From positions 25,061 to 89,060 of the forward strand of contig CAZARI010000005.1 of assembly GCA_964487545.1 (NCBI GenBank): a DNA stretch of 64,000 nucleotides. Direction: 5' to 3'. The notes under the pieces were generated by a model. That model searched no databases. It was not told the origin of the DNA and saw only the letters and a program-made list of their open reading frames with translations. Made by a program: the position numbers and the translations under genes. Origin of the DNA: an uncultured Cryomorphaceae bacterium (GTDB lineage Bacteria; Bacteroidota; Bacteroidia; Flavobacteriales_D; SKUL01). Below are positions 55,619 through 64,000 of this stretch, piece by piece; within the stretch, counting starts at the first letter, position 1; the number at the start of each line of letters is the position of its first letter.

Positions 55619-56855
55619 TGGGTTTCATGCTCGGGTTTTCATCTACGAGGTGTTCGGGAATTAACTGCGGAAAAATGCGCTCAGCCGCATCCAGACTGTT
55701 GATTAGGAAGCTGTGCAACAACATGCTAGCCGCAGGTATGTTTTCAGTGATCACGGCAAAAAGATTTACAGGCCGGTGGGGAACGTCGCCCACGCCATCC
55801 CTATCCAAGTCGTAGCCACGGTATTGGCTCCAGTAATTGCCGTCAAAGAGATTGCTGTTATGTTTGGTGTTGGTGATCACTTCAAAGGTGTTGCCGATAA
55901 AATCATTTCGGGTCACTTTAACATCTAAGCAATTTCCTTTAATATCTATTGCCTGACCGTTGGCGATAAAGCGGTTTTGATAGACATCTACGCGGTTTGC
56001 TCCTTCGGCGTATATTCCGATGGTGTTTCGGTGAAACGTGTTGCCGGTAAGCTTTCCGTCTGATATTTCTTTTAGCAACAATCCGTATGATGCGCCTCCC
56101 CAGTTTTCTTCAAATTGGTTGTCGATCATTTCAATAACCTTTGAGAACATTACCGCCACACCTGCTCCATTTTGCCTAAAAGTGTTGTGTTCGTATATGT
56201 CATTGTTCGAAAACATAAAGTGCAGGCCGTACCTGAAATTGTTTTCACTCAAATTGCCGTGAATCAAACTGTTGTCAACAAACTCGAAGTAGATGCCATC
56301 GCGGTGACCACTCAGGGTGTTATTGGCGATCAGAATCCGGCTGCCTTTCCAGATGTGAATGGCGTTTCCTGCGCGCACTTCATCGCTGGCACTTCCGATT
56401 ATTTGATTGTTTTTGATAATGCAATCTGAGGCGTACTGCAGATAAATTCCGAAAAAGGTATCCTGCAGGATGTTGTTTTCTACGGTGACATTTGACACCC
56501 GGTTTAGCCGTATGGCCGCGCGATCTTTGGTGAAACTCACACCGACGTTTTGCAGTTGAAATCCTGCTATGGTCACTGAATCGGAGGTTACAATGATAAT
56601 CTCATCGCCTTGCTGGCTGTCGAGTACCGGGTAATCTATGCCGAGCAATACCAGCGGTTTGTTTATTTCGATGAGCTCTACAAGATAATTTCCGGGCTGC
56701 ACCCACAGGGTGTCGTGCGGCATGGCCTGTACGATTGCTTGTTTTAGGTTATCTCCGGGAGGATAGACCGAAGTAACAACAGCAAAAACAGAATTTCCAG
56801 AAAAGATGAGTAAGAGTAGAAAAAAGTGCAGGAAACAAAAGTCACCAGTCTTCAT
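55602..56855 (-). CDS. nosD: NosD, periplasmic right-handed beta-helix maturation protein
   Basis: Signal peptide, then many parallel-beta-helix repeats (NNILQDTFFGIYL, NNQIIGSA, NNTLSGHRDGIYF, HGNLSENNFRYGLHFMFS, HNTFRQNGAGVAVM...). Confidence 0.9.
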   Translation of the reverse strand: MKTGDFCFLHFFLLLLIFSGNSVFAVVTSVYPPGDNLKQAIVQAMPHDTLWVQPGNYLVELIEINKPLVLLGIDYPVLDSQQGDEIIIVTSDSVTIAGFQLQNVGVSFTKDRAAIRLNRVSNVTVENNILQDTFFGIYLQYASDCIIKNNQIIGSASDEVRAGNAIHIWKGSRILIANNTLSGHRDGIYFEFVDNSLIHGNLSENNFRYGLHFMFSNNDIYEHNTFRQNGAGVAVMFSKVIEMIDNQFEENWGGASYGLLLKEISDGKLTGNTFHRNTIGIYAEGANRVDVYQNRFIANGQAIDIKGNCLDVKVTRNDFIGNTFEVITNTKHNSNLFDGNYWSQYRGYDLDRDGVGDVPHRPVNLFAVITENIPAASMLLHSFLINSLDAAERIFPQLIPEHLVDENPSMKPIVAND

Positions 56856-57270
56856 TCATCAGGTAGTGTTGAATACCAGCCCAGTCGAATTGCTGTCCTG
56901 AAAAGTTACTTACTTTATCGGCGTTTGAAATCACGAGCAGATTGGCACCCATCGGGCTGCGAATAGAATCTGAAATGATGTAGTGAAGATCTACAGCGGG
57001 TTTTAAAGCGCCTGGATCGTCAAAAGGTACGGCAAGGATATGATTGTATTCCTGATTGTTTTCGTCCATATATGGCACCATACATTCTACTGCATCGAAC
57101 TTATAAATTCGGCCTTTGTCTGTAACGAGTTGAGCTCCGAATTTGGCGTCGGCAATATTCATTTTGCAATAATCACATTGATCTTTTCCGAATTGGATAG
57201 GCTCGGGGCCGGTGCTGCATGCAACGGTAAATCCAATTGCTGCAATTAGTAGCAATCCTTTAAGGTTCAT
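56842..57270 (-). CDS. nosL: NosL copper-chaperone lipoprotein
   Basis: Lipobox GFTVAC, then DQCDYCKMNIADAKFGAQLVTDKGRIYKFDAVECM, the typical NosL metal-binding block. Confidence 0.8.
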   Translation of the reverse strand: MNLKGLLLIAAIGFTVACSTGPEPIQFGKDQCDYCKMNIADAKFGAQLVTDKGRIYKFDAVECMVPYMDENNQEYNHILAVPFDDPGALKPAVDLHYIISDSIRSPMGANLLVISNADKVSNFSGQQFDWAGIQHYLMNEDW

Positions 57271-57854
57271 GCGGAGATGGTTTTTAAATAGCGTTTTCTA
57301 AAAAGATATGCCAGCAAACCCGATATTCCGGCCAGACCGAGGTACAGCGTGCCCAGGTGCGGGTAGGAGGTAACGTAGAAATTAAGCAGGTCTTTTTCGC
57401 CAAATAGTGGCGGCATATAAGTCATTCCCGGAAGTTTTATCGGTGCCATCGGATCCAGATTGTGGCCGTAATCATAAAGCCATAAATAGAAGTCATAAAC
57501 TCCGAGAATTCCTAGAATGGTGAGTATTACGGCCCAGGTCATGTAGCCCCACTTTCGGTTGATTACCGCGGCAATCACTCCAAGGGCCACCATGGCATAA
57601 ACGATATAAGGAAAGTACTTTAATTCCGGAATGGAATCGGGCTCAATGGCTTGCATTCCAATATAATGATTCAGAATATTGATGTTCTGAATAATGTTTT
57701 TGTCACTTCCTGATATCTGATTAACCCAGATGTGTAACTCAAGTCCTCCTGGAAACTGAGGAGCATCCAGGGTAATTCTCCAAAGAGGGGCGGTAAAAAC
57801 CAGACCGAGAAAAACGCAGCCTGCAATCATCACGATACGCGGTAATTGTTTCAT
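57267..57854 (-). CDS. small polytopic membrane protein in the nosB position, directly after nosZ
   Basis: 195 aa and ~4 TM. Overlaps nosL by 4 nt. The call rests on position and topology only. Confidence 0.5.
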   Translation of the reverse strand: MKQLPRIVMIAGCVFLGLVFTAPLWRITLDAPQFPGGLELHIWVNQISGSDKNIIQNINILNHYIGMQAIEPDSIPELKYFPYIVYAMVALGVIAAVINRKWGYMTWAVILTILGILGVYDFYLWLYDYGHNLDPMAPIKLPGMTYMPPLFGEKDLLNFYVTSYPHLGTLYLGLAGISGLLAYLFRKRYLKTISA

Positions 57855-57909
57855 GGATATAATTTATGATCAATTAATATCATCAGATTGCGTTTTTCTC
57901 GATTTGGGT

Positions 57910-59937
57910 TTACTTTTTAATTGGGAGTTGACTCTGTGCCAGATTCTTTCTTGCTTCTTCAAAGAAATCGTTGGCGGCAGCGGCGTTGCTGCGGAGTTCT
58001 TCGTTCAACCCCCATCGTAGTGGCACGTCAGAACCTGCTGGCGATACGCGAACATATCCAGACATTTCCTGGTGCAGGGCAGAACAAAAGTCGGTACAGT
58101 AGAAAGCCATAACACCTACGCGGTTGGGTTCCCACAACAGGGTTTGGGTTTGCCCGGGCATCACAAGCAGGTTGGCAGTATTGGCGCCTTGTACCGCAAA
58201 TCCGTGAGGCACATCCCAGTCTTGTTCTAAGTTGGTGACGTGGAAATAGACTTTGTCGCCCATTTTAATTCCCTCAATATTATCCGGTGCAAGGTGGCTG
58301 CGCATGGCAGTCATATATACGTGCACATTGTCGCCGTCTCTCTCCACCCGCGTTTTCCCTTCTCCCAGGGTAGCGTGTGGGTGCTTGTTCTCCATAATAT
58401 CAAATATTTTAACAGAGTTGGGTGCGATTTTGTCAGCAGCAATGGCCTGAGCGTAATGCGGCTCACCCTTGGTTGGGAAGTCAAGAATTAGCTTCATCTT
58501 ATCTCCGCTGATGTCATATAGTTGAGCAGAGTGCGCCAGCTCCGGTCCAGTTGGGAGGAAACGGTCTTTGGTGATTTTATTCATTGCTACCAAATATTTT
58601 CCATCGGGGTTTTTGGTTTCACCGCCTGGAATCATCAAGTGACCCGGAGAATAATAGGTTGGCACGCGGTCCAAAATCTCCTTGGTTTCTACATTCCACT
58701 TTACTACCTCAGAAGAAATAAAGAAGGTAGTGTAAGCGTTGCCGCGTTCATCAAATTCTGTGTGCAGCGGGCCAAGACCAGGTTTAACTACAATACCGTC
58801 GAGTGCAGATTCGTAATTGATAATCGGAATACCGTCAAAATCGCCGTCAAAATCTTCGTTTTCAATAGCGGCCATAATTTTATCAAAAGAATAAACCGAC
58901 ATGTCGGCAGAGAGTTTACCGTTTCCAACGATGTATTCACCGGAGGGGTCAATGTCACATCCGTGTGGTGATTTGGGCACCGGAAGGAAGTACACCATAT
59001 CTGGGCATTCGGAAGGCAGCAAAATGCGGCTGGTTGTCAGCTCATTGGCATTGACAATTCCTGTCGATTCTTCTTTTAAGTTGTGATAGTAGGAGGTTTG
59101 ACGCTCAGTGAATCGACCTTCTTTGAAGTATTCTTCGGCCTTTTTCCAATTGATAACGGCCATCAGATCCTTGTCTTTTTGCGAAGCATTAACCTCCAGC
59201 AGGGTATGGGCCATCTCTGAGTTATAGGTAGTGAGAAAGCTCCAACCGTGCGATTTTCCTTTTCCGTTTCGGGCCAGATCGTAATTAAAACCTGGCATTT
59301 CAATCTGAAACTCCAAAGACATGGTGCCGTGTTCGGGATCAACCGCAACGTAGTTAATCAAACCCTTAAAGTTTTCTTTGTAAGAATCGATGGGCACATC
59401 GGCCTGTGGAACTGGAACACTGAAACGCGTTCCCGAAACCAGATATTCTGAGTTCTCAGTGATGAAAGGGGCGCAGTGCAAACCGGCCACATCTGGAATT
59501 TCAAGAATCTCCACCGTTTCGAAGGTGGTGAGATCAATCCGTGCGATTCGCGGTGTGTTGTTTCCGTTTACAAAAAGCCATCGGCCGTCAAAGTTCCCGT
59601 CGGTTTGGGAAAGTTCAATGTGATGGGAGTCATCCCATGGCACTTCTCCATAAGAAGTCATAAACATTCCTTTGGTTTCTTCGCTGTAGCCATATCCATT
59701 TTCGGGATATACAGAAAAAACAGGAATCTCTCGGAGCAATCTGCCCGAAGGCAATCCGTAGGCAGTAATTTGCCCGCTGAATCCTCCGGACATAAAGGCG
59801 TAATATTCATCATATTCACCTGGGGGAACATAGGTCTGTTGAGCGGCGTCGCCTTCAATAACCTGTTGCACATTGCGCTGTTGACAGGCTACTAAAGAGC
59901 CAGCCAATAAGATTAGCATTAAACTTTTACTTTTCAC
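57910..59937 (-). CDS. nosZ: Sec-type (clade II) nitrous-oxide reductase NosZ
   Basis: 675 aa with a beta-propeller-length N-domain carrying multiple conserved His. The C-terminal CuA motif is FYCTDFCSALHQEM (C-x3-C-x3-H-x2-M). The N-terminus MKSKSLMLILLAGSLVAC has no twin-arginine and ends in a lipobox-like LVAC. Confidence 0.95.
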   Translation of the reverse strand: MKSKSLMLILLAGSLVACQQRNVQQVIEGDAAQQTYVPPGEYDEYYAFMSGGFSGQITAYGLPSGRLLREIPVFSVYPENGYGYSEETKGMFMTSYGEVPWDDSHHIELSQTDGNFDGRWLFVNGNNTPRIARIDLTTFETVEILEIPDVAGLHCAPFITENSEYLVSGTRFSVPVPQADVPIDSYKENFKGLINYVAVDPEHGTMSLEFQIEMPGFNYDLARNGKGKSHGWSFLTTYNSEMAHTLLEVNASQKDKDLMAVINWKKAEEYFKEGRFTERQTSYYHNLKEESTGIVNANELTTSRILLPSECPDMVYFLPVPKSPHGCDIDPSGEYIVGNGKLSADMSVYSFDKIMAAIENEDFDGDFDGIPIINYESALDGIVVKPGLGPLHTEFDERGNAYTTFFISSEVVKWNVETKEILDRVPTYYSPGHLMIPGGETKNPDGKYLVAMNKITKDRFLPTGPELAHSAQLYDISGDKMKLILDFPTKGEPHYAQAIAADKIAPNSVKIFDIMENKHPHATLGEGKTRVERDGDNVHVYMTAMRSHLAPDNIEGIKMGDKVYFHVTNLEQDWDVPHGFAVQGANTANLLVMPGQTQTLLWEPNRVGVMAFYCTDFCSALHQEMSGYVRVSPAGSDVPLRWGLNEELRSNAAAANDFFEEARKNLAQSQLPIKK

Positions 59938-59985
59938 GGTGTTGAGGGTTTTAGTTCGTGATAATTGGTTGGTTAAGACAAAGTG

Positions 59986-60495
59986 CTATGCCGCAGCCTC
60001 GTCCTTGCTATTTACCTGATCCAAGTCGTTTTGTCGCAAATATTCTAGAATATCGCGTGCATCACCAATGGATACATTTTGATTGGGCATACGGGTCAAA
60101 CATTCTTCAAGTAATCGTTGTGCCACGGGGTCCACATCCAGCATGGCCTCGGTGTTGGTAATCATGTTCATGATCCATTCGGGACGACGCTTGTTGGTGA
60201 TCCCTGCAAATCCAGGCCCTACAACACGCTGGTCTGTAAGCTTGTGGCATGACGCACATTTCATTTCAACAATGGCCTTTCCCCTGGAAGCCATATCATC
60301 ATCTAACGGGTCGGTGAGACGTACATTCGTGATTTCGCCAACTCCTTTGCCCTCTATAACTGATTGAGGAATTTCCTTTTCGGCCGGCTCGTCAGCGGTT
60401 TGTGACGAAGATGTTCCCGGGGCCGGTTGGCTGTCTCCGCAGGCGGCGATTAACACACTGAGGAATAGTACATAAAAAATACGCTGGACATTCAT
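59986..60495 (-). CDS. mono-haem c-type cytochrome lipoprotein upstream of nosZ
   Basis: Lipobox VLIAAC, haem motif CASCHK, and distal Met candidates (WIMNMITN). A low-complexity linker follows the lipobox. Confidence 0.8.
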   Translation of the reverse strand: MNVQRIFYVLFLSVLIAACGDSQPAPGTSSSQTADEPAEKEIPQSVIEGKGVGEITNVRLTDPLDDDMASRGKAIVEMKCASCHKLTDQRVVGPGFAGITNKRRPEWIMNMITNTEAMLDVDPVAQRLLEECLTRMPNQNVSIGDARDILEYLRQNDLDQVNSKDEAAA

Positions 60496-60546
60496 AAGAT
60501 TTCTGTTTTAGGATTACTATTTGTTTATCGATGGTTAAATGCTAAA

Positions 60547-61938
60547 TCAATTTTTAATGATATTTGGAACCTTGGTTTTTTCCCTATGAACTGTTCCTAT
60601 TAATAAGCCAGCTATTCCTAGTGGCAACAAAGCCGAAGCGACCATGATTGTTTCGTAATAATACGGGAAAAATCCCCAACCAATCCACAACCATAAGCCT
60701 TGTAAAAATAAGAATAACTCGGTGGAAACAAAACCAGCAATGATTAAAATAAGACCGAGGCGCACATAAGGCTTTGTTTGTGAAAGGTGTCCGTTGGTGG
60801 TTAATGCAGCTAATACATAGCAGGTGATGGACCCCAGCATGGTTAAATGAACGAACCCAACCACAAATTGCCTTATTGTATAGGAAATAACGGCCACTTG
60901 TGGGATAACAACTGCGGTTTGAATTAAAATTTTAACCGCAAAAGAAACAAATGCGAGAATTAATAGGGATTGGGTAATCGTTGTTGTGCCGCTGAAAAAA
61001 ACGGCCGCATGCTGCTTTATCAAAATCCAAAAGACCACCAATGCTGCCAACTGAATGAGCACTCCGGCGCCGTTCAGGTAGAATATCCAATCTTCGGGAG
61101 TAGACCAGGCCACCGACAAAGCATAAGTCAGTGCAGTGGAGGCCAGTAATAGACCATAAAACCAATTAAAATGGCTGCGTGAAATGACTGCCTCCTTGGA
61201 TTGTTCGATTTGCTGAAACACCATCGCCAGTACAGCAAAGGTAAACCAGCCATTAAACTGAAAATGCAAGAAAAATTGAATGGCCGCATAATACATGCCC
61301 TGATTGCCGAAGAGGCCCGCGCTGATGGGCCCAATCATCCAAACGCCGAGGGTGGAAACCAACATCAGTAATAGTGATGTGGTTAATAATAGGCCTGATG
61401 GTGTGCGATTTCGCCAAACTTTTCTCAGTATTATTCCTGAAATTATATACGATAGTACCAGATGAATCGTAGAAAAAGCAATAGATACCGCCTGATATCC
61501 CTGTATGGGAAAGCTGATCATCATTCCGATTACACTCACTTGGGTGCTCCAGAAAAATAGGTGATGAATTTTCTTCTGTGACTCTCCTGCCGGAAGAAAC
61601 CGATCCAGAATCATGGCATACAAAACCAGAAATAACCAGCCGAGCATCGCCACATGCGAATGGCCGTGCATCATGTTGCGGAAATCCAGCCAGGGCATCT
61701 CAATCACGTGGGCCATTCTCAAAATCAGCCCCATCGTGGCTGCTATAAAAAAATTAAACAACGATACCCTCAGCCAGCTTTTTTTCAAATTGAATGGTTT
61801 AGGGTGAAAATTAAAGAATGTTAAGTGCTTCTCAAAGGATTTTATTGAGAATCTCGGATCACCCTGAAAATAAAAAGCGTTTTTTTTGGCGCGAATTACG
61901 CTGTATTTATAAGAAGCGTTATGGATCTGTGTCGCCAT
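60547..61938 (-). CDS. uncharacterised His-rich polytopic membrane protein heading the nos gene string
   Basis: About 12 hydrophobic segments. Conserved-looking His blocks: MHGHSHVAMLGW, FFLHFQFNGWF and GFVHLTMLGS. The first ~50 codons are AT-rich and hydrophilic. An in-frame TTG at 61788 (MKKSWLRVSLFNFF...) is an alternative start. Confidence 0.6.
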   Translation of the reverse strand: MATQIHNASYKYSVIRAKKNAFYFQGDPRFSIKSFEKHLTFFNFHPKPFNLKKSWLRVSLFNFFIAATMGLILRMAHVIEMPWLDFRNMMHGHSHVAMLGWLFLVLYAMILDRFLPAGESQKKIHHLFFWSTQVSVIGMMISFPIQGYQAVSIAFSTIHLVLSYIISGIILRKVWRNRTPSGLLLTTSLLLMLVSTLGVWMIGPISAGLFGNQGMYYAAIQFFLHFQFNGWFTFAVLAMVFQQIEQSKEAVISRSHFNWFYGLLLASTALTYALSVAWSTPEDWIFYLNGAGVLIQLAALVVFWILIKQHAAVFFSGTTTITQSLLILAFVSFAVKILIQTAVVIPQVAVISYTIRQFVVGFVHLTMLGSITCYVLAALTTNGHLSQTKPYVRLGLILIIAGFVSTELFLFLQGLWLWIGWGFFPYYYETIMVASALLPLGIAGLLIGTVHREKTKVPNIIKN

Positions 61939-62034
61939 ATGTTTTGGGCAAATTTAGAACTAATTCTTAATAAAGGATGAATTAGTCCGAAATTATTTTC
62001 ACAGCATTTCTTTGTGCTTGTTCGTCAGTCCTTT

Positions 62035-62049
62035 TTGATGTTTAATCAA
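62035..62049. promoter_or_regulatory. FNR/Crp-like palindrome TTGAT-gttta-ATCAA in the divergent nos / two-component promoter region
   Basis: The 5-nt arms are perfect, but the spacer is 5 nt rather than the canonical 4. It lies 97 nt from ATG 61938 (minus strand) and 103 nt from ATG 62152 (plus strand). Confidence 0.3.
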
Positions 62050-62119
62050 TGTTCTGGACAGGTGGGTTGATTTAAATTTCAGTTAACTCAGGATTAACCC
62101 GAGCGACATATTTAACACT

Positions 62120-62127
62120 TACCTTTG
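62120..62127 (+). promoter_or_regulatory. candidate -7 box (TACCTTTG) for the response-regulator gene
   Basis: Exact TAnnTTTG match, 25 nt upstream of ATG 62152. A second match, TATCTTTG, lies at 62137-62144. Confidence 0.35.
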
Positions 62128-62151
62128 ACGAGAATGTATCTTTGACAATCC

Positions 62152-62829
62152 ATGGAAAAAGGAAAAATACTGGTTGTAGATGACGATCAGGATATTGTAG
62201 AGCTTTTAAGCTACAACCTTCGCAAGTCAGAATATCTTGTAGAAACCGCCTTTAACGGTAAAGAAGCCCTTGAAAAAGCGATCGAATTTAAACCCGATCT
62301 AATTCTACTTGATGTGATGATGCCCGAAATGGATGGCATGGACACGTGTCGGGAGCTGCGGGCCAATCCCGAAACAGCCGATGCGATTATTGCCTTTCTG
62401 ACCGCACGCGGAGAGGACTATTCACAGATTGCCGGTTTTGAAGCCGGAGCCGACGACTACATCACCAAACCCATTAAACCACGCGTGCTGCTAAGTCGAG
62501 TGCAAGCACTTCTTCGCCGACAGGGTGCCACTAACGACCAGCGAATGGTTGAACAATTTGGCGATGTGACTATCGATCACGAAAAATATGAAGTGACCCG
62601 CGCCGAAGTGCTGCTACCCATGCCTAAAAAAGAATTTGAGTTGCTTTCGTTGCTGATGTCAAAACCCGGTCGTGTTTTTACGCGCGAACAAATTCTTACC
62701 GAAATCTGGGGAAATGAAGTGGTGGTTGGTGACCGCACCATCGACGTGCACATCCGAAAGCTCCGCGAAAAAGTGGGCGATCAGTTCATTAAAACGGTTA
62801 AAGGAGTCGGCTATAAAATTGATGCCTGA
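62152..62829 (+). CDS. OmpR/PhoB-family response regulator
   Basis: Receiver domain (ILVVDDDQDI...DLILLDVMMPEMDG...KPI) plus a winged helix (PKKEFELLSLLMS...TVKGVGYKI). Confidence 0.9.
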   Translation: MEKGKILVVDDDQDIVELLSYNLRKSEYLVETAFNGKEALEKAIEFKPDLILLDVMMPEMDGMDTCRELRANPETADAIIAFLTARGEDYSQIAGFEAGADDYITKPIKPRVLLSRVQALLRRQGATNDQRMVEQFGDVTIDHEKYEVTRAEVLLPMPKKEFELLSLLMSKPGRVFTREQILTEIWGNEVVVGDRTIDVHIRKLREKVGDQFIKTVKGVGYKIDA

Positions 62830-62832
62830 CCC

Positions 62833-63876
62833 ATGAATGAAATAACGCCCAGAAATGTCGCGTTGCGTGCAGCGCTTAGCATTACATTGGTTTTTCTGCT
62901 GCTGCTTAGTGTAATTCATGTGATTTTTGCAAGTATCGGCTGGTTAATTGTAGCCGGTGCCACAGTGCTTGTTTCGGTCATTTCCTACCTGGTGATCTAC
63001 CACTACATCGAAAGGTTTATTAACCGACGAATCAAGGTTATTTACAAAACCATTCACACGCTCAAAAGCACACGCAATCCGGCCGAAGCCGAAATTGACA
63101 TGAGTAAGGGCTTCCTCGATGACATTAATCAGGAAGTGAAGAGTTGGGCCGACGAGAAAGCTGCAGAAATCCGTGATCTGCGCCGCAGAGACGATTACCG
63201 AAAGGAGTTTATCGGCAATCTGGCACATGAGCTTCGAACGCCCATCTTTAATATTCAGGGCTATATTTTAACATTAATCGAGGGCGCACTCGACGACCCC
63301 GAAATCAACCAAAAGTTTTTAATGCGGGCTTCAAATAGCGTCGATCGGATGATTATCATTACCAACGATCTGGATACCATTAGCCAATTTGAATCGGGCA
63401 GAATGGACCTGAAACAGGAGAAATTTAACGTGGTCAATTTGGCAAAAGAAGTCATTGACGGACTAGAATTCAGCGCCAAAAAGCACAATATCAAAGTGTG
63501 CGTGAGCAAGAAAAACGACAGCGTGGTAATGGTTGTCGCAGATCGTTTTCGCATCAGCCAGGTGTTTATGAATCTCATCAGCAACGCCATAAACTACGGT
63601 CGCGAAAACGGAAAGTGTGTCATTTCTTTCGATGATCTAGACGAATATGTGCTGGTAGAAGTTACCGACGACGGACCGGGCATCGCTGCCAAACACTTGC
63701 CGCGTTTGTTTGAGCGCTTTTATAGGGTAGATAAAAGCCGTTCTAAAAACAGGGGGGGCACCGGGCTCGGACTGGCCATAGTTAAACACATTGTAGAGGC
63801 TCACGGTCAGAGTATCAACGTGCGAAGCGAAGAGGGCAAGGGGACAACGGTTTCGTTTACACTCAAAAAAGCTTAG
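62833..63876 (+). CDS. PhoR-like sensor histidine kinase
   Basis: Two N-terminal TM helices. H box FIGNLAHELRTPI, N box LISNAINYG, and G boxes DDGPGI and GTGLGLAIVKHIV. Lies 3 nt after the RR gene. Confidence 0.85.
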   Translation: MNEITPRNVALRAALSITLVFLLLLSVIHVIFASIGWLIVAGATVLVSVISYLVIYHYIERFINRRIKVIYKTIHTLKSTRNPAEAEIDMSKGFLDDINQEVKSWADEKAAEIRDLRRRDDYRKEFIGNLAHELRTPIFNIQGYILTLIEGALDDPEINQKFLMRASNSVDRMIIITNDLDTISQFESGRMDLKQEKFNVVNLAKEVIDGLEFSAKKHNIKVCVSKKNDSVVMVVADRFRISQVFMNLISNAINYGRENGKCVISFDDLDEYVLVEVTDDGPGIAAKHLPRLFERFYRVDKSRSKNRGGTGLGLAIVKHIVEAHGQSINVRSEEGKGTTVSFTLKKA

Positions 63877-64000
63877 AACTCACCAAGCCTAATCCCGTTG
63901 CTGGTATTGCGCTTTACCTCACATGCCATTGCTCGATACACGCTAATGGGCCAATGATTCTTTTAAAACTTTGTGCCAGTTGTTTTTCAGCACGATCTCA

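Noticed and set aside
57910-59937. NosZ as a clade I (Tat-exported) enzyme
   Set aside because: The N-terminus has no twin-arginine motif. The cluster lacks nosR/nosX and has a nosB-position membrane gene, all hallmarks of clade II.
63943-64000. Possible 3-prime end of a minus-strand gene (...EIVLKNNWHKVLKESLAH*) at the window edge
   Set aside because: Only 18 codons are visible, too little to support a call.

Overview
This 64-kb chromosomal segment reads as Bacteroidota. Two secreted proteins carry T9SS-type C-terminal sorting domains, several genes are preceded by the TAnnTTTG -7 promoter box, and Shine-Dalgarno sequences are scarce. I call about 66 protein-coding genes plus some hairpins, repeats and candidate operators. 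I found no rRNA, tRNA, CRISPR array, transposase, integrase or phage genes, so this looks like core or accessory metabolism, not a mobile island. Blocks in order: (1) a partial OprO/P-type porin missing from the ORF track, an LTD-CotH-T9SS protein, DgkA and a GNAT; (2) a tightly packed sulfur-handling block (Crp/Fnr regulator, TauE, OsmC, MBL-rhodanese persulfide-dioxygenase-like fusion, rhodanese, thioredoxin, split YeeE/YedE, then SulP); (3) housekeeping and stress genes; (4) a low-GC sulfotransferase + methyltransferase pair; (5) a ~460-bp nested hairpin/direct-repeat array; (6) a DbpA-like helicase; (7) a TonB-dependent receptor + PepSY pair; (8) a glutamate-cysteine-ligase-like/CBS + AstE-like deacylase pair; (9) an Mla-type ABC system; (10) a flavodoxin-like/DUF427/EgtB/EgtD ergothioneine block; (11) an RR-HK-CotH-YgiW-PepSY/beta-propeller string; (12) a clade II (Sec-type) nitrous-oxide reductase cluster (polytopic membrane protein, cytochrome c, nosZ, nosB-like, nosL, nosD, nosF, nosY, hemerythrin-like); (13) a PhoB/PhoR-like pair. 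Nothing matches a known defence or mobile system. The most unusual signals are: (a) a 20-nt box repeated 19/20 at two cistron junctions of the sulfur block, each with identical 21-nt spacing to a -7-like box; (b) the repeat array at 17.8-18.2 kb; (c) uncharacterised genes attached to the nos cluster, namely a 463-aa His-rich polytopic protein and a 598-aa protein with its own 15-bp-arm palindrome; (d) the ligase/deacylase pair; (e) a CotH gene sitting inside a TCS-YgiW module. All functional calls come from motif recognition by eye, not from database searches.
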